A model generated the notes under the pieces. The model was not told the origin of the DNA, searched no databases, and was given only the letters and a program-made list of their open reading frames with translations. A stretch of DNA of 64,000 nt, from assembly GCA_963695225.1 (NCBI GenBank), contig OY968762.1, positions 928,001 through 992,000 on the forward strand, given 5' to 3'. The position numbers and the translations under genes were made by a program. The stretch comes from Vulcanimicrobiota bacterium. GTDB lineage: Bacteria > Vulcanimicrobiota > Vulcanimicrobiia > Vulcanimicrobiales > Vulcanimicrobiaceae. Of the stretch, positions 9,020 to 18,247 are shown piece after piece. Position 1 is the first letter of the stretch; every line of letters starts with the position of its first letter.

Positions 9020-12000
9020 ATGGGACTGCGGGCTTATTGTCGCCTCGCCGGTTTTTCGCTTCTATTTGGCCTCGCATCGCTCTTCGCCGGCTGCGGCGGC
9101 GGTGGCGGATCGGCAACGAGCATCATACCCCAGACACCCCCATCCGGTGCAGCGCCGACAGCCCCCCCGACAACGAGTTCAGTGACGGTCGCACCAATCC
9201 CGGGTTCAACGCCGGCGAATGTCCTCAACGTCTCGCCGATCACCGAGCAGACCCCCAATCCTACATCTTCGACGGCACAGTTCACGTATTCCACAACCGC
9301 GTCGAGTGTTGTGGGAACGATTGACACCGGACGGGCCTTCGGTTGGACGGCTGTTGCACCGGGCTGGTTCTCGCTTCCAGGCGCACAGATTGGACCGCTC
9401 TCTACCGCAGTGCAGATGGTCTTCATGACGCCGGGTGTATTCACGGGCGACGTGACTCAGCAGCGGACGGAACTGTCAATCCTCGCGACGCTTCCGGAAG
9501 TCTCACTTCTTGCCTCTGCTCTTAGCAGCAACGCCGGCTTAAACGATCCCTTGAGCTCGCCGGCAGTAAAGAGCGCCTACCAACAAGCGGTGGCAGCTGC
9601 TCTTTCAAGCACGTCCACGGTCACTGCTACGCGTCGTCTTTCGAACAGGCTCTCGCCGGCGCTTCTCGGAACTAGCCAGTCAGTAGTTAGGCGTGGGCCG
9701 CTGAGCATTTCAGTCGCCGCGACGCAGCTGGACGCTACAAGCGCGACGTTCGCAATTACGAATAATGACTCCAATGGCATCGTTCTGACCGCAGAGTGGC
9801 AGTCCAGCCAGTACGAAGCCGCGCAGGGCCTATATTGGATAGGGGCGCTTTACAAGGTGAACGCTCAGGCGTACAGCAACCAGGCTTCGCTCGTTAATGC
9901 GTTCAACACGAACCCGTGGCTCATCCCAACCTTGTCGCAGAGCGCTCCGATCGGATACTTGGTGCTACCGCCAGCTGCAAGCTTCTGGGACTACGCGGAC
10001 GTGCAGGGCCAACTCGCACAGGCGTTAACCGACGCAGTCTCGCCTGGCGACACTGAGACCGCGCCCGCATTCGTAGTGTCCTCCACAACAGACGCTGTAT
10101 ACGTTGCGCACCTATACACGTGTGGCGTCGGCACACTGCACCCATCGAATGCACTTAACGATGCTACTCTCATTGCCAACTGGCCAGGCGCCGCTGGTCT
10201 CTGGGGCAAATCCTGCGCCCTGAACGGGATATCCGTCGGCCTAAACGTCCTGGACGGGATCGTAGGAGGGGGCGATTTCACGGATCTTCTTCCCGTTTCC
10301 CAAATCACGAGCATTGCGAGTACGATGTTCAACGGGGTCTCCCAATACAACATGTCGCAGAGTGCAAGCGGCCTAGAAACGTCGTTTGCATCCCAAGCGG
10401 GCATCGTGATTTCTAGCGGGCTGAACGTGATGATCAACAACGCCAAGACGAAGGGCGCATCGTATCTGTTTAGCTTCCTTGGAAAGGTCGCCGATCTCGG
10501 CGCTGATGTTGCAGCCGCCGGCAACCTAGGGAACACCCTTGGAACGAGCATCGTCACGGAGCCGTGGCAAGGCAGCTATCTGGTCGTCGGGAATCCGTGG
10601 CCGGTTACAACTCCGCCAAACTCGTTGAGCTTTACGCTCCTGCCGCCCACTTCGCTCTCGACATCCGTAGTCGGCTACCAGCCCACGCTCAACGCGTCCG
10701 GATCCGGGTTCAACAACGTGAATGCCATCACGTGGAAGCAAGTCATGAACGGCACCGTCCTCTCCAACAAGACGTGGACTAAGGGAGACGCGGATTGGAA
10801 CTCACGAGTCACAATCACCAACGACAGCTCCATAGCGCTCACGCCGCAGCTGACTGCGACCGGCGACCCAGCTGGCCTCAGCACCTGGACCGTCACGCTG
10901 ACGAATACCAGCAACGCCCAACAATCGCAGACCTTCACGCTGAACTACACGCCGGCGGCGCCGCCGCCAACCTCGTTGACCTTTACCTCCTTGTCCCCGC
11001 CCTCACCGCTCACAACGTCGGTCGTCGGCTACCAGCCTTCGATGATTGCCTCCGGATCAGGGTTCAACAACGTGAATGCCATCACGTGGAAGCAAGTCAT
11101 GAACGGCACCGTCCTCCTCAACAAGACGTGGACTAAGGGAGACGCGGATTGGAACGCAAAAGTCACAGTCACCAACGACAGCTCCATGACGCTCGCGCCG
11201 CAGCTGACTGCGAACGGTGACCCGGCTGGCATCAGTACTTGGAGCGTCACGCTGACGAATACCAGCAACGCCCAACAATCGCAGACCTTCACGCTGAACT
11301 ACACGCCGGCGTCGCCGCCGCCAACCTCGTTGAGCTTTACCTCCTTGTCCCCGCCCTCACCGCTCACAACGTCGGTCGTCGGCTACCAGCCTTCGATGAT
11401 TGCCTCCGGATCAGGGTTCAACAACGTGAATGCCATCACGTGGAAGCAAGTCATGAACGGCACCGTCCTCCTCAACAAGACGTGGACTAAGGGAGACGCC
11501 GATTGGAACGCAAAAGTCACAGTCACCAACGACAGCTCCATGACGCTCGCGCCGCAACTGACTGCGAACGGTGACCCGGCCGGCCTCAGTACTTGGACCG
11601 TCACGCTGACGAATACCAGCAACGCCCAACAATCGCAGACCTTCACGCTGAACTACACGCCGGCGTCGCCGCCGCCGACCTCGTTGAGCTTTACCTCCTT
11701 GTCCCCGCCCTCACCGCTCACAACGTCGGTCGTCGGCTACCAGCCTTCGATGATTGCCTCCGGATCAGGGTTCAACAACGTGAATGCCATCACGTGGAAG
11801 CAAGTCATGAACGGCACCGTCCTCCTCAACAAGACGTGGACTAAGGGAGACGCGGATTGGAACGCAAAAGTCACAGTCACCAACGACAGCTCTATGACGC
11901 TCGCGCCGCAACTGACTGCGAACGGTGACCCGCCTGGCCTCAGCACTTGGACCGTCACGCTGACGAATACCAGCAACGCGCAACAATCGCAGACCTTCAC

Positions 12001-12715
12001 GCTGAACTACACGCCGCCGGCCTCGTTGAGCTTTACCTCCCTGTCCCCGCCCTCACCGCTCACGACGTCGGTCGTCGGCTACCAGCCTTCGATGGTTGCC
12101 TCCGGATCAGGGTTCAACAACGTGAATGCCATCACGTGGAAGCAAGTCATGAACGGCACCGTCCTCCTCAACAAGACGTGGACTAAGGGAGACGCCGATT
12201 GGAACGCAAAAGTCACAGTCACCAACGACAGCTCCATGACGCTCGCGCCGCAACTGACTGCGAACGGTGACCCGGCCGGCCTCAGCACTTGGACCGTCAC
12301 GCTGACGAATACCAGCAACGCGCAACAATCGCAGACCTTCACGCTGAACTACACGCCGGCGACGCCGCCGCCGACCTCGTTGAGCTTTACCTCCTTGTCA
12401 CCGCCCTCACCGCTCACGACATCCGTAGTCGGCTACCAGCCCTCGATGATCGCCTCCGGATCCGGGTTCAACAACGTAACTCAGATCCGATTAGATCAAG
12501 TCGGTCCCGGGTCGGCGACTTTCAGTACGACTTGGTACAAGAACGACAGCAACTGGAACAGCAAAGTCACAATCACGAACGACAGTTCCATGACGCTCAG
12601 ACCAATCCTGACGGCATCAACAGATGCCGGAGGTTACAGCGCCTGGACAATCACACTAACTGATACAACAAACGCGCAGAAGTCGCAGTCGTTCGCACTG
12701 GATTACATTCACTAG
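9020..12715 (+). CDS. Large Ser/Thr-rich lipoprotein with six C-terminal ~118-aa beta-rich (Ig/IPT-like) repeats
   Basis: GGAGG upstream of ATG 9020; hydrophobic signal ending LFAG-C followed by a Gly/Pro/Thr linker; visibly lower GC than the flanks. Confidence 0.8.
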   Translation: MGLRAYCRLAGFSLLFGLASLFAGCGGGGGSATSIIPQTPPSGAAPTAPPTTSSVTVAPIPGSTPANVLNVSPITEQTPNPTSSTAQFTYSTTASSVVGTIDTGRAFGWTAVAPGWFSLPGAQIGPLSTAVQMVFMTPGVFTGDVTQQRTELSILATLPEVSLLASALSSNAGLNDPLSSPAVKSAYQQAVAAALSSTSTVTATRRLSNRLSPALLGTSQSVVRRGPLSISVAATQLDATSATFAITNNDSNGIVLTAEWQSSQYEAAQGLYWIGALYKVNAQAYSNQASLVNAFNTNPWLIPTLSQSAPIGYLVLPPAASFWDYADVQGQLAQALTDAVSPGDTETAPAFVVSSTTDAVYVAHLYTCGVGTLHPSNALNDATLIANWPGAAGLWGKSCALNGISVGLNVLDGIVGGGDFTDLLPVSQITSIASTMFNGVSQYNMSQSASGLETSFASQAGIVISSGLNVMINNAKTKGASYLFSFLGKVADLGADVAAAGNLGNTLGTSIVTEPWQGSYLVVGNPWPVTTPPNSLSFTLLPPTSLSTSVVGYQPTLNASGSGFNNVNAITWKQVMNGTVLSNKTWTKGDADWNSRVTITNDSSIALTPQLTATGDPAGLSTWTVTLTNTSNAQQSQTFTLNYTPAAPPPTSLTFTSLSPPSPLTTSVVGYQPSMIASGSGFNNVNAITWKQVMNGTVLLNKTWTKGDADWNAKVTVTNDSSMTLAPQLTANGDPAGISTWSVTLTNTSNAQQSQTFTLNYTPASPPPTSLSFTSLSPPSPLTTSVVGYQPSMIASGSGFNNVNAITWKQVMNGTVLLNKTWTKGDADWNAKVTVTNDSSMTLAPQLTANGDPAGLSTWTVTLTNTSNAQQSQTFTLNYTPASPPPTSLSFTSLSPPSPLTTSVVGYQPSMIASGSGFNNVNAITWKQVMNGTVLLNKTWTKGDADWNAKVTVTNDSSMTLAPQLTANGDPPGLSTWTVTLTNTSNAQQSQTFTLNYTPPASLSFTSLSPPSPLTTSVVGYQPSMVASGSGFNNVNAITWKQVMNGTVLLNKTWTKGDADWNAKVTVTNDSSMTLAPQLTANGDPAGLSTWTVTLTNTSNAQQSQTFTLNYTPATPPPTSLSFTSLSPPSPLTTSVVGYQPSMIASGSGFNNVTQIRLDQVGPGSATFSTTWYKNDSNWNSKVTITNDSSMTLRPILTASTDAGGYSAWTITLTDTTNAQKSQSFALDYIH
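10620..12712 (+). repeat. Six intragenic tandem units, period about 354 bp (one period 342 bp)
   Basis: Near-identical DNA in the inner units; shadow ORFs recur at 10675, 11029, 11383, 11737 and 12079. Confidence 0.95.
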
Positions 12716-12817
12716 CACCGCAGCTACTAGTCTCGGTCGAGGAACTATCTGGCTCCGGAGGAGTGAGGAAAGATCCGAGCTTCTCCGGGGTCGGTCACTC
12801 GCAGAATCGATTGCCAG

Positions 12818-13279
12818 CTACACCAACAATAATACCGTCAAGGCGGCGATTGCGGCGTCGTAGCCTTTGTCGCCGCGGGCCGGGTCGGCGCGTTCCTCCG
12901 CCTGCGCGTACGTGTCGGTCGTCAGCACGCCGAAGCCGATCGGCGCGCCGAGCGCGAGTTGCACTTCCATGATCCCCCGCGAACACTCTCCCGCGACGTA
13001 GTCGAAGTGCGGCGTTTCGCCGCGCACGACGACGCCGAGCGCGACGACCGCGTCGAAGCCGCTCTCGATCAAACGTTGCGCGGCAAGCGGAAGCTCGTAG
13101 CAGCCCGGGACGTGGTAGATCGGGCGATCCTCAGGCGCGACGCCGCAGGCTTCGAGCGCGCGCGTCGCGCCGTCCTCGAGCCAATCGGCGAGCGTTCCGT
13201 AGAAACGGGCAGAGACGATCGCGACGCGCTTGCCCGCCGCCTGCGGCAGCGGCAGACCGCCGCGCTCCGAAGGCTTCAC
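12818..13279 (-). CDS. ribH: 6,7-dimethyl-8-ribityllumazine synthase
   Basis: VPGCYELP, LGVVVRGETPHFDYV and FGVLT motifs; GTG start overlaps the ribBA stop (GTGA). Confidence 0.93.
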   Translation of the reverse strand: MKPSERGGLPLPQAAGKRVAIVSARFYGTLADWLEDGATRALEACGVAPEDRPIYHVPGCYELPLAAQRLIESGFDAVVALGVVVRGETPHFDYVAGECSRGIMEVQLALGAPIGFGVLTTDTYAQAEERADPARGDKGYDAAIAALTVLLLV

Positions 13280-14709
13280 TTCACGGCCTCCTCGCGCGTG
13301 GCGGACGGCGCGATCAGATGCCCCATCTTCCGCCGCTTCGTCTCCATGTACCGCTTGTTGTATGGGGTCGGCTCCGTCGAAAGCGGGACGCGCTCGACGA
13401 TCCGCAAGCCGAAGCCTTCGAGCCCGGCGATCTTTTTCGGGTTGTTCGTCATCAAGCGCATCTCGCGCACGCCGAGATCGACGAGCATCTGCGAGCCGAG
13501 TCCGTAGTCGCGCTTGTCGGCCGGAAGGCCGAGCGCGATGTTCGCCTCGACCGTATCGGCGCCGCGATCCTGCAAGGCGTACGCGCGCAGCTTGTTCGCA
13601 AGGCCGATGCCGCGGCCTTCCTGATGCAGGTACAGCAGCACGCCGCGTCCTTCGCGCGCGATCAGCTTGAGCGCGGCGTCGCGCTGCGCCCCGCAATCGC
13701 ACCGCAGGGAGTGCAGCGAATCTCCGGTCAGGCACGACGAGTGCACGCGCACGAGCACGCCTCTTCCGTCGCCGATATCGCCCATGACCATCGCGACGTG
13801 CGTCCCCTCGCCGACCGTCGTCTCGTACGCGATCCCGCGGAACTTGCCGAACTCCGTCGGCAAGTCGAAATCCGCGATGCGCTCGATCAGCTTCTCCGTC
13901 CGCATCCGGTACGCGATGAGATCCTTGACGGTGATCAGGCGCAGATCGTGCTTCTTCGCGAACTCGCGCAGTCGCGGCAAGCGCATCATCGTCCCGTCGT
14001 CGTCCATGATCTCGACGACGACGCTCGCCGGATACAAGCCCGCGAGCCGCGCGAGGTCGACGCCGGCCTCCGTCTGCCCCGCACGCACGAGGACGCCGCC
14101 CTCGCGCGCGCGCAGCGGGAACGTGTGCCCCGGGCGTAGGAAATCGGAGGGCTTCGAGGCCGGATCGAGCAGCATCTGAATCGTCGCAGCGCGATCGTGC
14201 GCCGAGATCCCCGTCGTCGTGCGGCCGCGTCCTTCGACCGAGACCGTGAACGCCGTGCTCAGCGGCGCCGTGTTCTCTTGCACCATGGCGGGGATCTGCA
14301 ATTCGTCGAGCCGCTTGCCGATCAGCGGGACGCAGATCAAGCCGCCCGCCTCCTTGCGCATGAAGTTGATCGCTTCGGGCGTGACCATCTGGGCCGCCAT
14401 CACGAGATCGCCCTCGTTCTCGCGATCCTCGTCGTCGAGGACGACGACCATCTTCCCGGCGCGCGTGTCGGCGATCGCATCCTCGATGTCGTCGAAGATC
14501 TGTTCGTCCGCGGGCGCCTCGCCGAGCGCGCCGGCGAGCTCCGGGAGCGCCTTCGCGAGCGCCTGCACCGTCTTGAACGAGGGCGAGCGCCGGCCGGCGC
14601 GCAGATACGAGATCGCACTCTCGGTCAGCCCGGATTTCGCGGCGAGGTCGGCGGCGGAGATACTCCGGCGATCCATCGCGAGCTGAAGGATTTCGGCAAA
14701 AGCGGTCAC
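13276..14709 (-). CDS. ribBA: XRE-family HTH fused to bifunctional DHBP synthase/GTP cyclohydrolase II
   Basis: N-terminal SAADLAAKSGLTESAISYLRAGRRSPS HTH; DDEDRENEGD, RPGH, RVHSSCLTGD, RCDC, QEGRGIG and TNNP motifs; GTG start is 14709, 14724 or 14754. Confidence 0.92.
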   Translation of the reverse strand: MTAFAEILQLAMDRRSISAADLAAKSGLTESAISYLRAGRRSPSFKTVQALAKALPELAGALGEAPADEQIFDDIEDAIADTRAGKMVVVLDDEDRENEGDLVMAAQMVTPEAINFMRKEAGGLICVPLIGKRLDELQIPAMVQENTAPLSTAFTVSVEGRGRTTTGISAHDRAATIQMLLDPASKPSDFLRPGHTFPLRAREGGVLVRAGQTEAGVDLARLAGLYPASVVVEIMDDDGTMMRLPRLREFAKKHDLRLITVKDLIAYRMRTEKLIERIADFDLPTEFGKFRGIAYETTVGEGTHVAMVMGDIGDGRGVLVRVHSSCLTGDSLHSLRCDCGAQRDAALKLIAREGRGVLLYLHQEGRGIGLANKLRAYALQDRGADTVEANIALGLPADKRDYGLGSQMLVDLGVREMRLMTNNPKKIAGLEGFGLRIVERVPLSTEPTPYNKRYMETKRRKMGHLIAPSATREEAVK

Positions 14710-14730
14710 GGCAGAAAAACGCACTCCGTC

Positions 14731-14773
14731 TTCACAACTGTCAACTGACTTCACCTAAGTTGACAGTTGCGAA
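14731..14773. promoter_or_regulatory. Inverted repeat CAACTGTCAACT-N11-AGTTGACAGTTG, candidate operator
   Basis: Perfect 12-bp arms at 14735-14746 and 14758-14769 (15/16 when extended); AT-rich; each arm contains TTGACA; directly upstream of HTH-ribBA. Confidence 0.65.
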
Positions 14774-15678
14774 TGATTTGCCTGCTCGCTCGGCGTCCCG
14801 CTCGCTCCGAAATGCGCCAGCGTGAAGTCGCGGAAGCGGCGGGCCGCCGCCCCGTAAAAGCCGCCCTCGCGCCAGGCGAGGCCGAGGGCGCGCTCGCAAT
14901 GGGGCGCGCCGACGCGCACCAGCGGCGGATCGGCCAGCCCGGGGCTGGCCGGCGCCGGAAGCAGCGCCACCCCGAGCCCTGCGCTGACAAGGCCCCGGAC
15001 CGTCGCGACCTCCTCCCCTTCGAACGCGATCTTCGGGACGAAGCCGGCCCGGCGGCAAAGGTCGTCGGTGAGCTGACGGATCGAATACGTCGGGCGAAAA
15101 CTGATGAACGGATCGCCGGCGACCTCCTCGAGGCGCGCCTCCCCACGGCCGGCGAGGCGGTGCCCGACCGGGACGACGAGGAAAAGCTCCTCGCGGAACA
15201 ATTCCGTCCAGACGATTCCCTCGGCGCTGGCAGGCGCCGGGGCGAAGCACAGGTCGACGTCCCCCCCGGTGAGCTGCCCGTAGATCGCGTCGGAGGCGTT
15301 CTGCATCAAGCTGAACGTGACGGCCGGGAATGAGGCCCGGAAAGCGCCGATCAGCTCGGGGACGACGTGGACGCCGAGCGTGTGCAGGAAACCGAGCGAG
15401 ACGACGCCCCCTTCGAGCCCGGCCAGGCCGGAAAGTTCGCGCCGGCCCAGCTCGATTTCGTCCAGCGCACGCTCGACGTGCGCCAGGAACGCACGTCCGA
15501 AGCGGTTCAGGCCGATCGTTCGCCCCGGCCGGTCGAATAGTGCGACGCCCAGTTCCTGCTCGAGCCGCGCGATGGCGCGGCTGAGGGAAGGTTGGCTGAC
15601 GCCGAGCGATGCCGCCGCGCGCGTGACGTGCTCCGCTCGCGCGGCCGCCCGGAAATACTCGAGTTGCTGCCATTCCAT
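14755..15678 (-). CDS. LysR-family transcriptional regulator
   Basis: HVTRAAASLGVSQPSLSRAIARLEQELGVALFDR HTH followed by a LysR substrate-binding domain. Confidence 0.93.
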   Translation of the reverse strand: MEWQQLEYFRAAARAEHVTRAAASLGVSQPSLSRAIARLEQELGVALFDRPGRTIGLNRFGRAFLAHVERALDEIELGRRELSGLAGLEGGVVSLGFLHTLGVHVVPELIGAFRASFPAVTFSLMQNASDAIYGQLTGGDVDLCFAPAPASAEGIVWTELFREELFLVVPVGHRLAGRGEARLEEVAGDPFISFRPTYSIRQLTDDLCRRAGFVPKIAFEGEEVATVRGLVSAGLGVALLPAPASPGLADPPLVRVGAPHCERALGLAWREGGFYGAAARRFRDFTLAHFGASGTPSEQANHSQLST

Positions 15679-15699
15679 CTCGATCGCCCCCGGCTGCTC

Positions 15700-15748
15700 A
15701 TGCTCATTTGCTATGGCTACAAACATGATACGGCATTGAAAGGCATGA
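15700..15748. promoter_or_regulatory. LysR-type operator, copy 1
   Basis: ATGCTCATTTGCTAT contains T-N11-A; followed by N15 and ACGGCATTGAAAGGCATGA. Confidence 0.6.
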
Positions 15749-15788
15749 ATCCGGAGTCTTCCCCGAGCGCGGCGAGAACTCGCGCCGT

Positions 15789-16355
15789 TTAGGCCGCACG
15801 CTTGCAGACGGTCTTGACGTCGAAGACCTTCCCGGCCTTCGTCTTGGCGCGGTATTCCGTCGTCAGCGTTCTTGCCAGCACGGTCACCGTCGCATCGCCG
15901 AAGGACTCGATGTCGCCGGTTCCTTGCAACCCGAGGTCATGCCAGACCCAGGTATTGCCGGTGGGGCCGGGCGAGGTTTTCACCTGATAGTTTCCGTTGC
16001 TGTCGACATAGATGTCGACCCAGTGTTTCCTCCCCGAATCGTACGTGATGAACTCCGTCGAGGACGAGTTGTGCGGAAACCACGGGACCGGATACGTCGT
16101 CCCCGAGTTGAACAGCCACCGGCCTTCGGGATCGAACGCGTACACCGCCATGCCCGTGATCGCCGTCGCGCGCCGCGAGCTCTTCATCGAGCACGACCAC
16201 CCGCCGACCCAGCCCTGCAAAGCGCTAAGATCGGGCCTCGGCGCATCCGGAATCGGCGTCGGAGCCGAACCGGCGGCAGCCGCCGGCGCGGCGCACGCAA
16301 CGGCGCACACGAATCCGGCAAGAGCAAGCAGCCTTCTCAAGAGCATCTCCTCCAC
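15789..16355 (-). CDS. Secreted hypothetical protein, beta-rich
   Basis: Signal peptide, Pro-rich linker, GGWSC motif and alternating beta pattern. Confidence 0.7.
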   Translation of the reverse strand: MEEMLLRRLLALAGFVCAVACAAPAAAAGSAPTPIPDAPRPDLSALQGWVGGWSCSMKSSRRATAITGMAVYAFDPEGRWLFNSGTTYPVPWFPHNSSSTEFITYDSGRKHWVDIYVDSNGNYQVKTSPGPTGNTWVWHDLGLQGTGDIESFGDATVTVLARTLTTEYRAKTKAGKVFDVKTVCKRAA

Positions 16356-16461
16356 GGTCTAGCGGGCGTCGACGCTTCGGCTCGAGAGCGAAGCCCCCAT
16401 GCCGCTCGCCGCTCGAAGCAGCCGGCTGCGCAGCCCGCTTGCACGAGCGGAGACAGTTGTT

Positions 16462-16510
16462 ATGCTTATTTGCTATAACAATCGACCTCAAACAGCATTG
16501 GACAGTATGA
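16462..16510. promoter_or_regulatory. LysR-type operator, copy 2, upstream of the MFS gene
   Basis: ATGCTTATTTGCTAT-N15-ACAGCATTGGACAGTATGA, followed by a TATAGT -10-like hexamer. Confidence 0.6.
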
Positions 16511-16539
16511 GCCCGCGGGACCTATAGTAAGGTGATCCC

Positions 16540-17772
16540 ATGCACGCCTCACCTTCGATCGTGCGAAACGCCGATCTCCGCGCCGTCGGAGCCCTCTGCA
16601 TCGCCGCGGTCGCCGTCTTCGCGGACATGTACGTCACGCAGCCGCTCCTGCCGATCTTCTCCCGGGAATACGGCATCTCGCCCGCGGTCGCGGGCGGCAC
16701 GATCTCGGCGGTGGTCCTGACGATCGCGCTGTTTTCGAGCGCGTACGGTCCGCTCAGCGATGTCCTCGGGCGCAAGCCCGTGATGGTCTGGGGCTGCGCG
16801 CTGCTCGGCCTCTCCACGATCGCCTGCGCGTTCGCGCCGTCGTTTCACCTCCTGCTCGTGCTGCGCGCCGTGCAGGGCGTGCTCGTGCCGGCCGTCTCGG
16901 CCGTCGCGATCGCGTACCTCGGCGAGATGCGCGGCGGACTCGATACGGGGTCCGTCGTCGGCGCCTACATCGGCGCGACGGTGACGGGCGGCTTGCTCGG
17001 CCGCGTCGCGACCGGCGCGATCGTCGACGCCACCTCGTCGTGGCGAGCCGCGTTCATCGTCTTCGGTGCGCTCTCGCTGGTCGCCGCGCTCGCGATGGCG
17101 CTGACGTTGCGCGCGCGGCCCCGGCAGCGGGGCGAGCCGATGCCCGCCGCTTTTGCCGGCGCCTACCGCGCGATGTGGCACCATTTCGCGGACGCCCGGC
17201 TCGTCGGCGCGTTCATCGTCGGAGCGACGCTGTTCTTCGGGTTCATCGGGCTCTTCACGTATCTCCCGTATCTCCTGACGGAGGCGCCTTTCCGGCTCTC
17301 GACCGGGACGGTCGCGTGGTTCTACCTTTCGTATCTCGCCGGGGTCGTGACGGCCCCGCTTGCGGGCCGGCTCTCGGCCCACGTCCCGCGCCGGATGTTG
17401 ATGGCCGCGGGCTTTTCGATCGCGATCGCCGGGATCGCGCTGACGCTGAGCGCATCGCTCTGGACGATCGTCGCGGGAACCGTCGTGCTCTGCGTCGGCA
17501 TGTTCACCGCACAGGCGGTCGCGCCGGCGTTCGTCACGACGACGGCATCGTCGGGGAAGGGGGGCGCGATGGCGCTGTACCAAACGTTCTACTACGTCGG
17601 CGCCGTCTTCGGATCGACGCTCCCCGGCCTCGCGTGGGAGGCTTGGGGTTGGCCGGGCGTCGTCGGGAGCTGCATCGCGAGCCTCGCGATCGGCCTCGCG
17701 GCCGCTTGGGGCCTGTGCACGGGTGCGCGCGACGGAGCGCCGGCCCTACCCGTTCCGAAGAATTCCTTCTAA
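16540..17772 (+). CDS. MFS transporter (YnfM-like)
   Basis: About 12 hydrophobic segments; GPLSDVLGRK motif A; YVTQPLLP. Confidence 0.9.
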   Translation: MHASPSIVRNADLRAVGALCIAAVAVFADMYVTQPLLPIFSREYGISPAVAGGTISAVVLTIALFSSAYGPLSDVLGRKPVMVWGCALLGLSTIACAFAPSFHLLLVLRAVQGVLVPAVSAVAIAYLGEMRGGLDTGSVVGAYIGATVTGGLLGRVATGAIVDATSSWRAAFIVFGALSLVAALAMALTLRARPRQRGEPMPAAFAGAYRAMWHHFADARLVGAFIVGATLFFGFIGLFTYLPYLLTEAPFRLSTGTVAWFYLSYLAGVVTAPLAGRLSAHVPRRMLMAAGFSIAIAGIALTLSASLWTIVAGTVVLCVGMFTAQAVAPAFVTTTASSGKGGAMALYQTFYYVGAVFGSTLPGLAWEAWGWPGVVGSCIASLAIGLAAAWGLCTGARDGAPALPVPKNSF

Positions 17773-17818
17773 GACAGCGGCTGGTTAGGCAGCTCGTTTT
17801 CAGGGCATCATGATACGC

Positions 17819-18247
17819 ATGAGCCGAGCTTTCATGAAAGAGCGTGAGGACGAGCCCGAGATCCACTTGGGCACGCGAGAAGCCGCGAATTCGCGGCCGA
17901 TCAGCGCCGCGGGCTTGAAGGAGCTAGAGCGGCGGCGCGATGCGGCCGTCGACCCCGAGGAGCGCGCGCTCCTCGAAGCGAGGATCGGTTCGGCGCTGGT
18001 CGTAGGGCCGCCGAAGGATCGCACCGTCGTCGCCTTCGGCGCGACCGTCACGGTAACGGGCGCCTCCAAGAAGGTGCAGCGTTTCACGCTCGTCGGCGAG
18101 GACGAAGTCGATATTCCAAGAGGCCAGATCGGCCTCGCGTCGCCGCTCGCGCGCGCGCTCGTCGGCGCCCGCCTGGGCGACGTCGTGATCTGGCCGCGTC
18201 CGGCGGGGAATAAGACGTTGACGGTGGCCGCGATCGATTACGCGTGA
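17819..18247 (+). CDS. GreA/GreB-family elongation factor (short form)
   Basis: MSRAFMKE, VAFGATV, LVGEDE and SPLARALVG motifs. Confidence 0.8.
   Translation: MSRAFMKEREDEPEIHLGTREAANSRPISAAGLKELERRRDAAVDPEERALLEARIGSALVVGPPKDRTVVAFGATVTVTGASKKVQRFTLVGEDEVDIPRGQIGLASPLARALVGARLGDVVIWPRPAGNKTLTVAAIDYA

Noticed and set aside
10620..12400. N-glycosylation sequon enrichment in the repeats
   Set aside because: About five N-x-S/T per unit is plausible by chance given the Asn/Ser/Thr-rich composition
10620..12715. Repeats as a CRISPR array or as DGR template/variable repeats
   Set aside because: Units are ~354-bp in-frame coding repeats without spacers; no cas or reverse transcriptase gene in the window; differences are not evidently adenine-specific
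12818..12845. Island insertion replacing the ribH C-terminus
   Set aside because: The last codons are AT-rich, but there is no att-like duplication and the protein length looks normal
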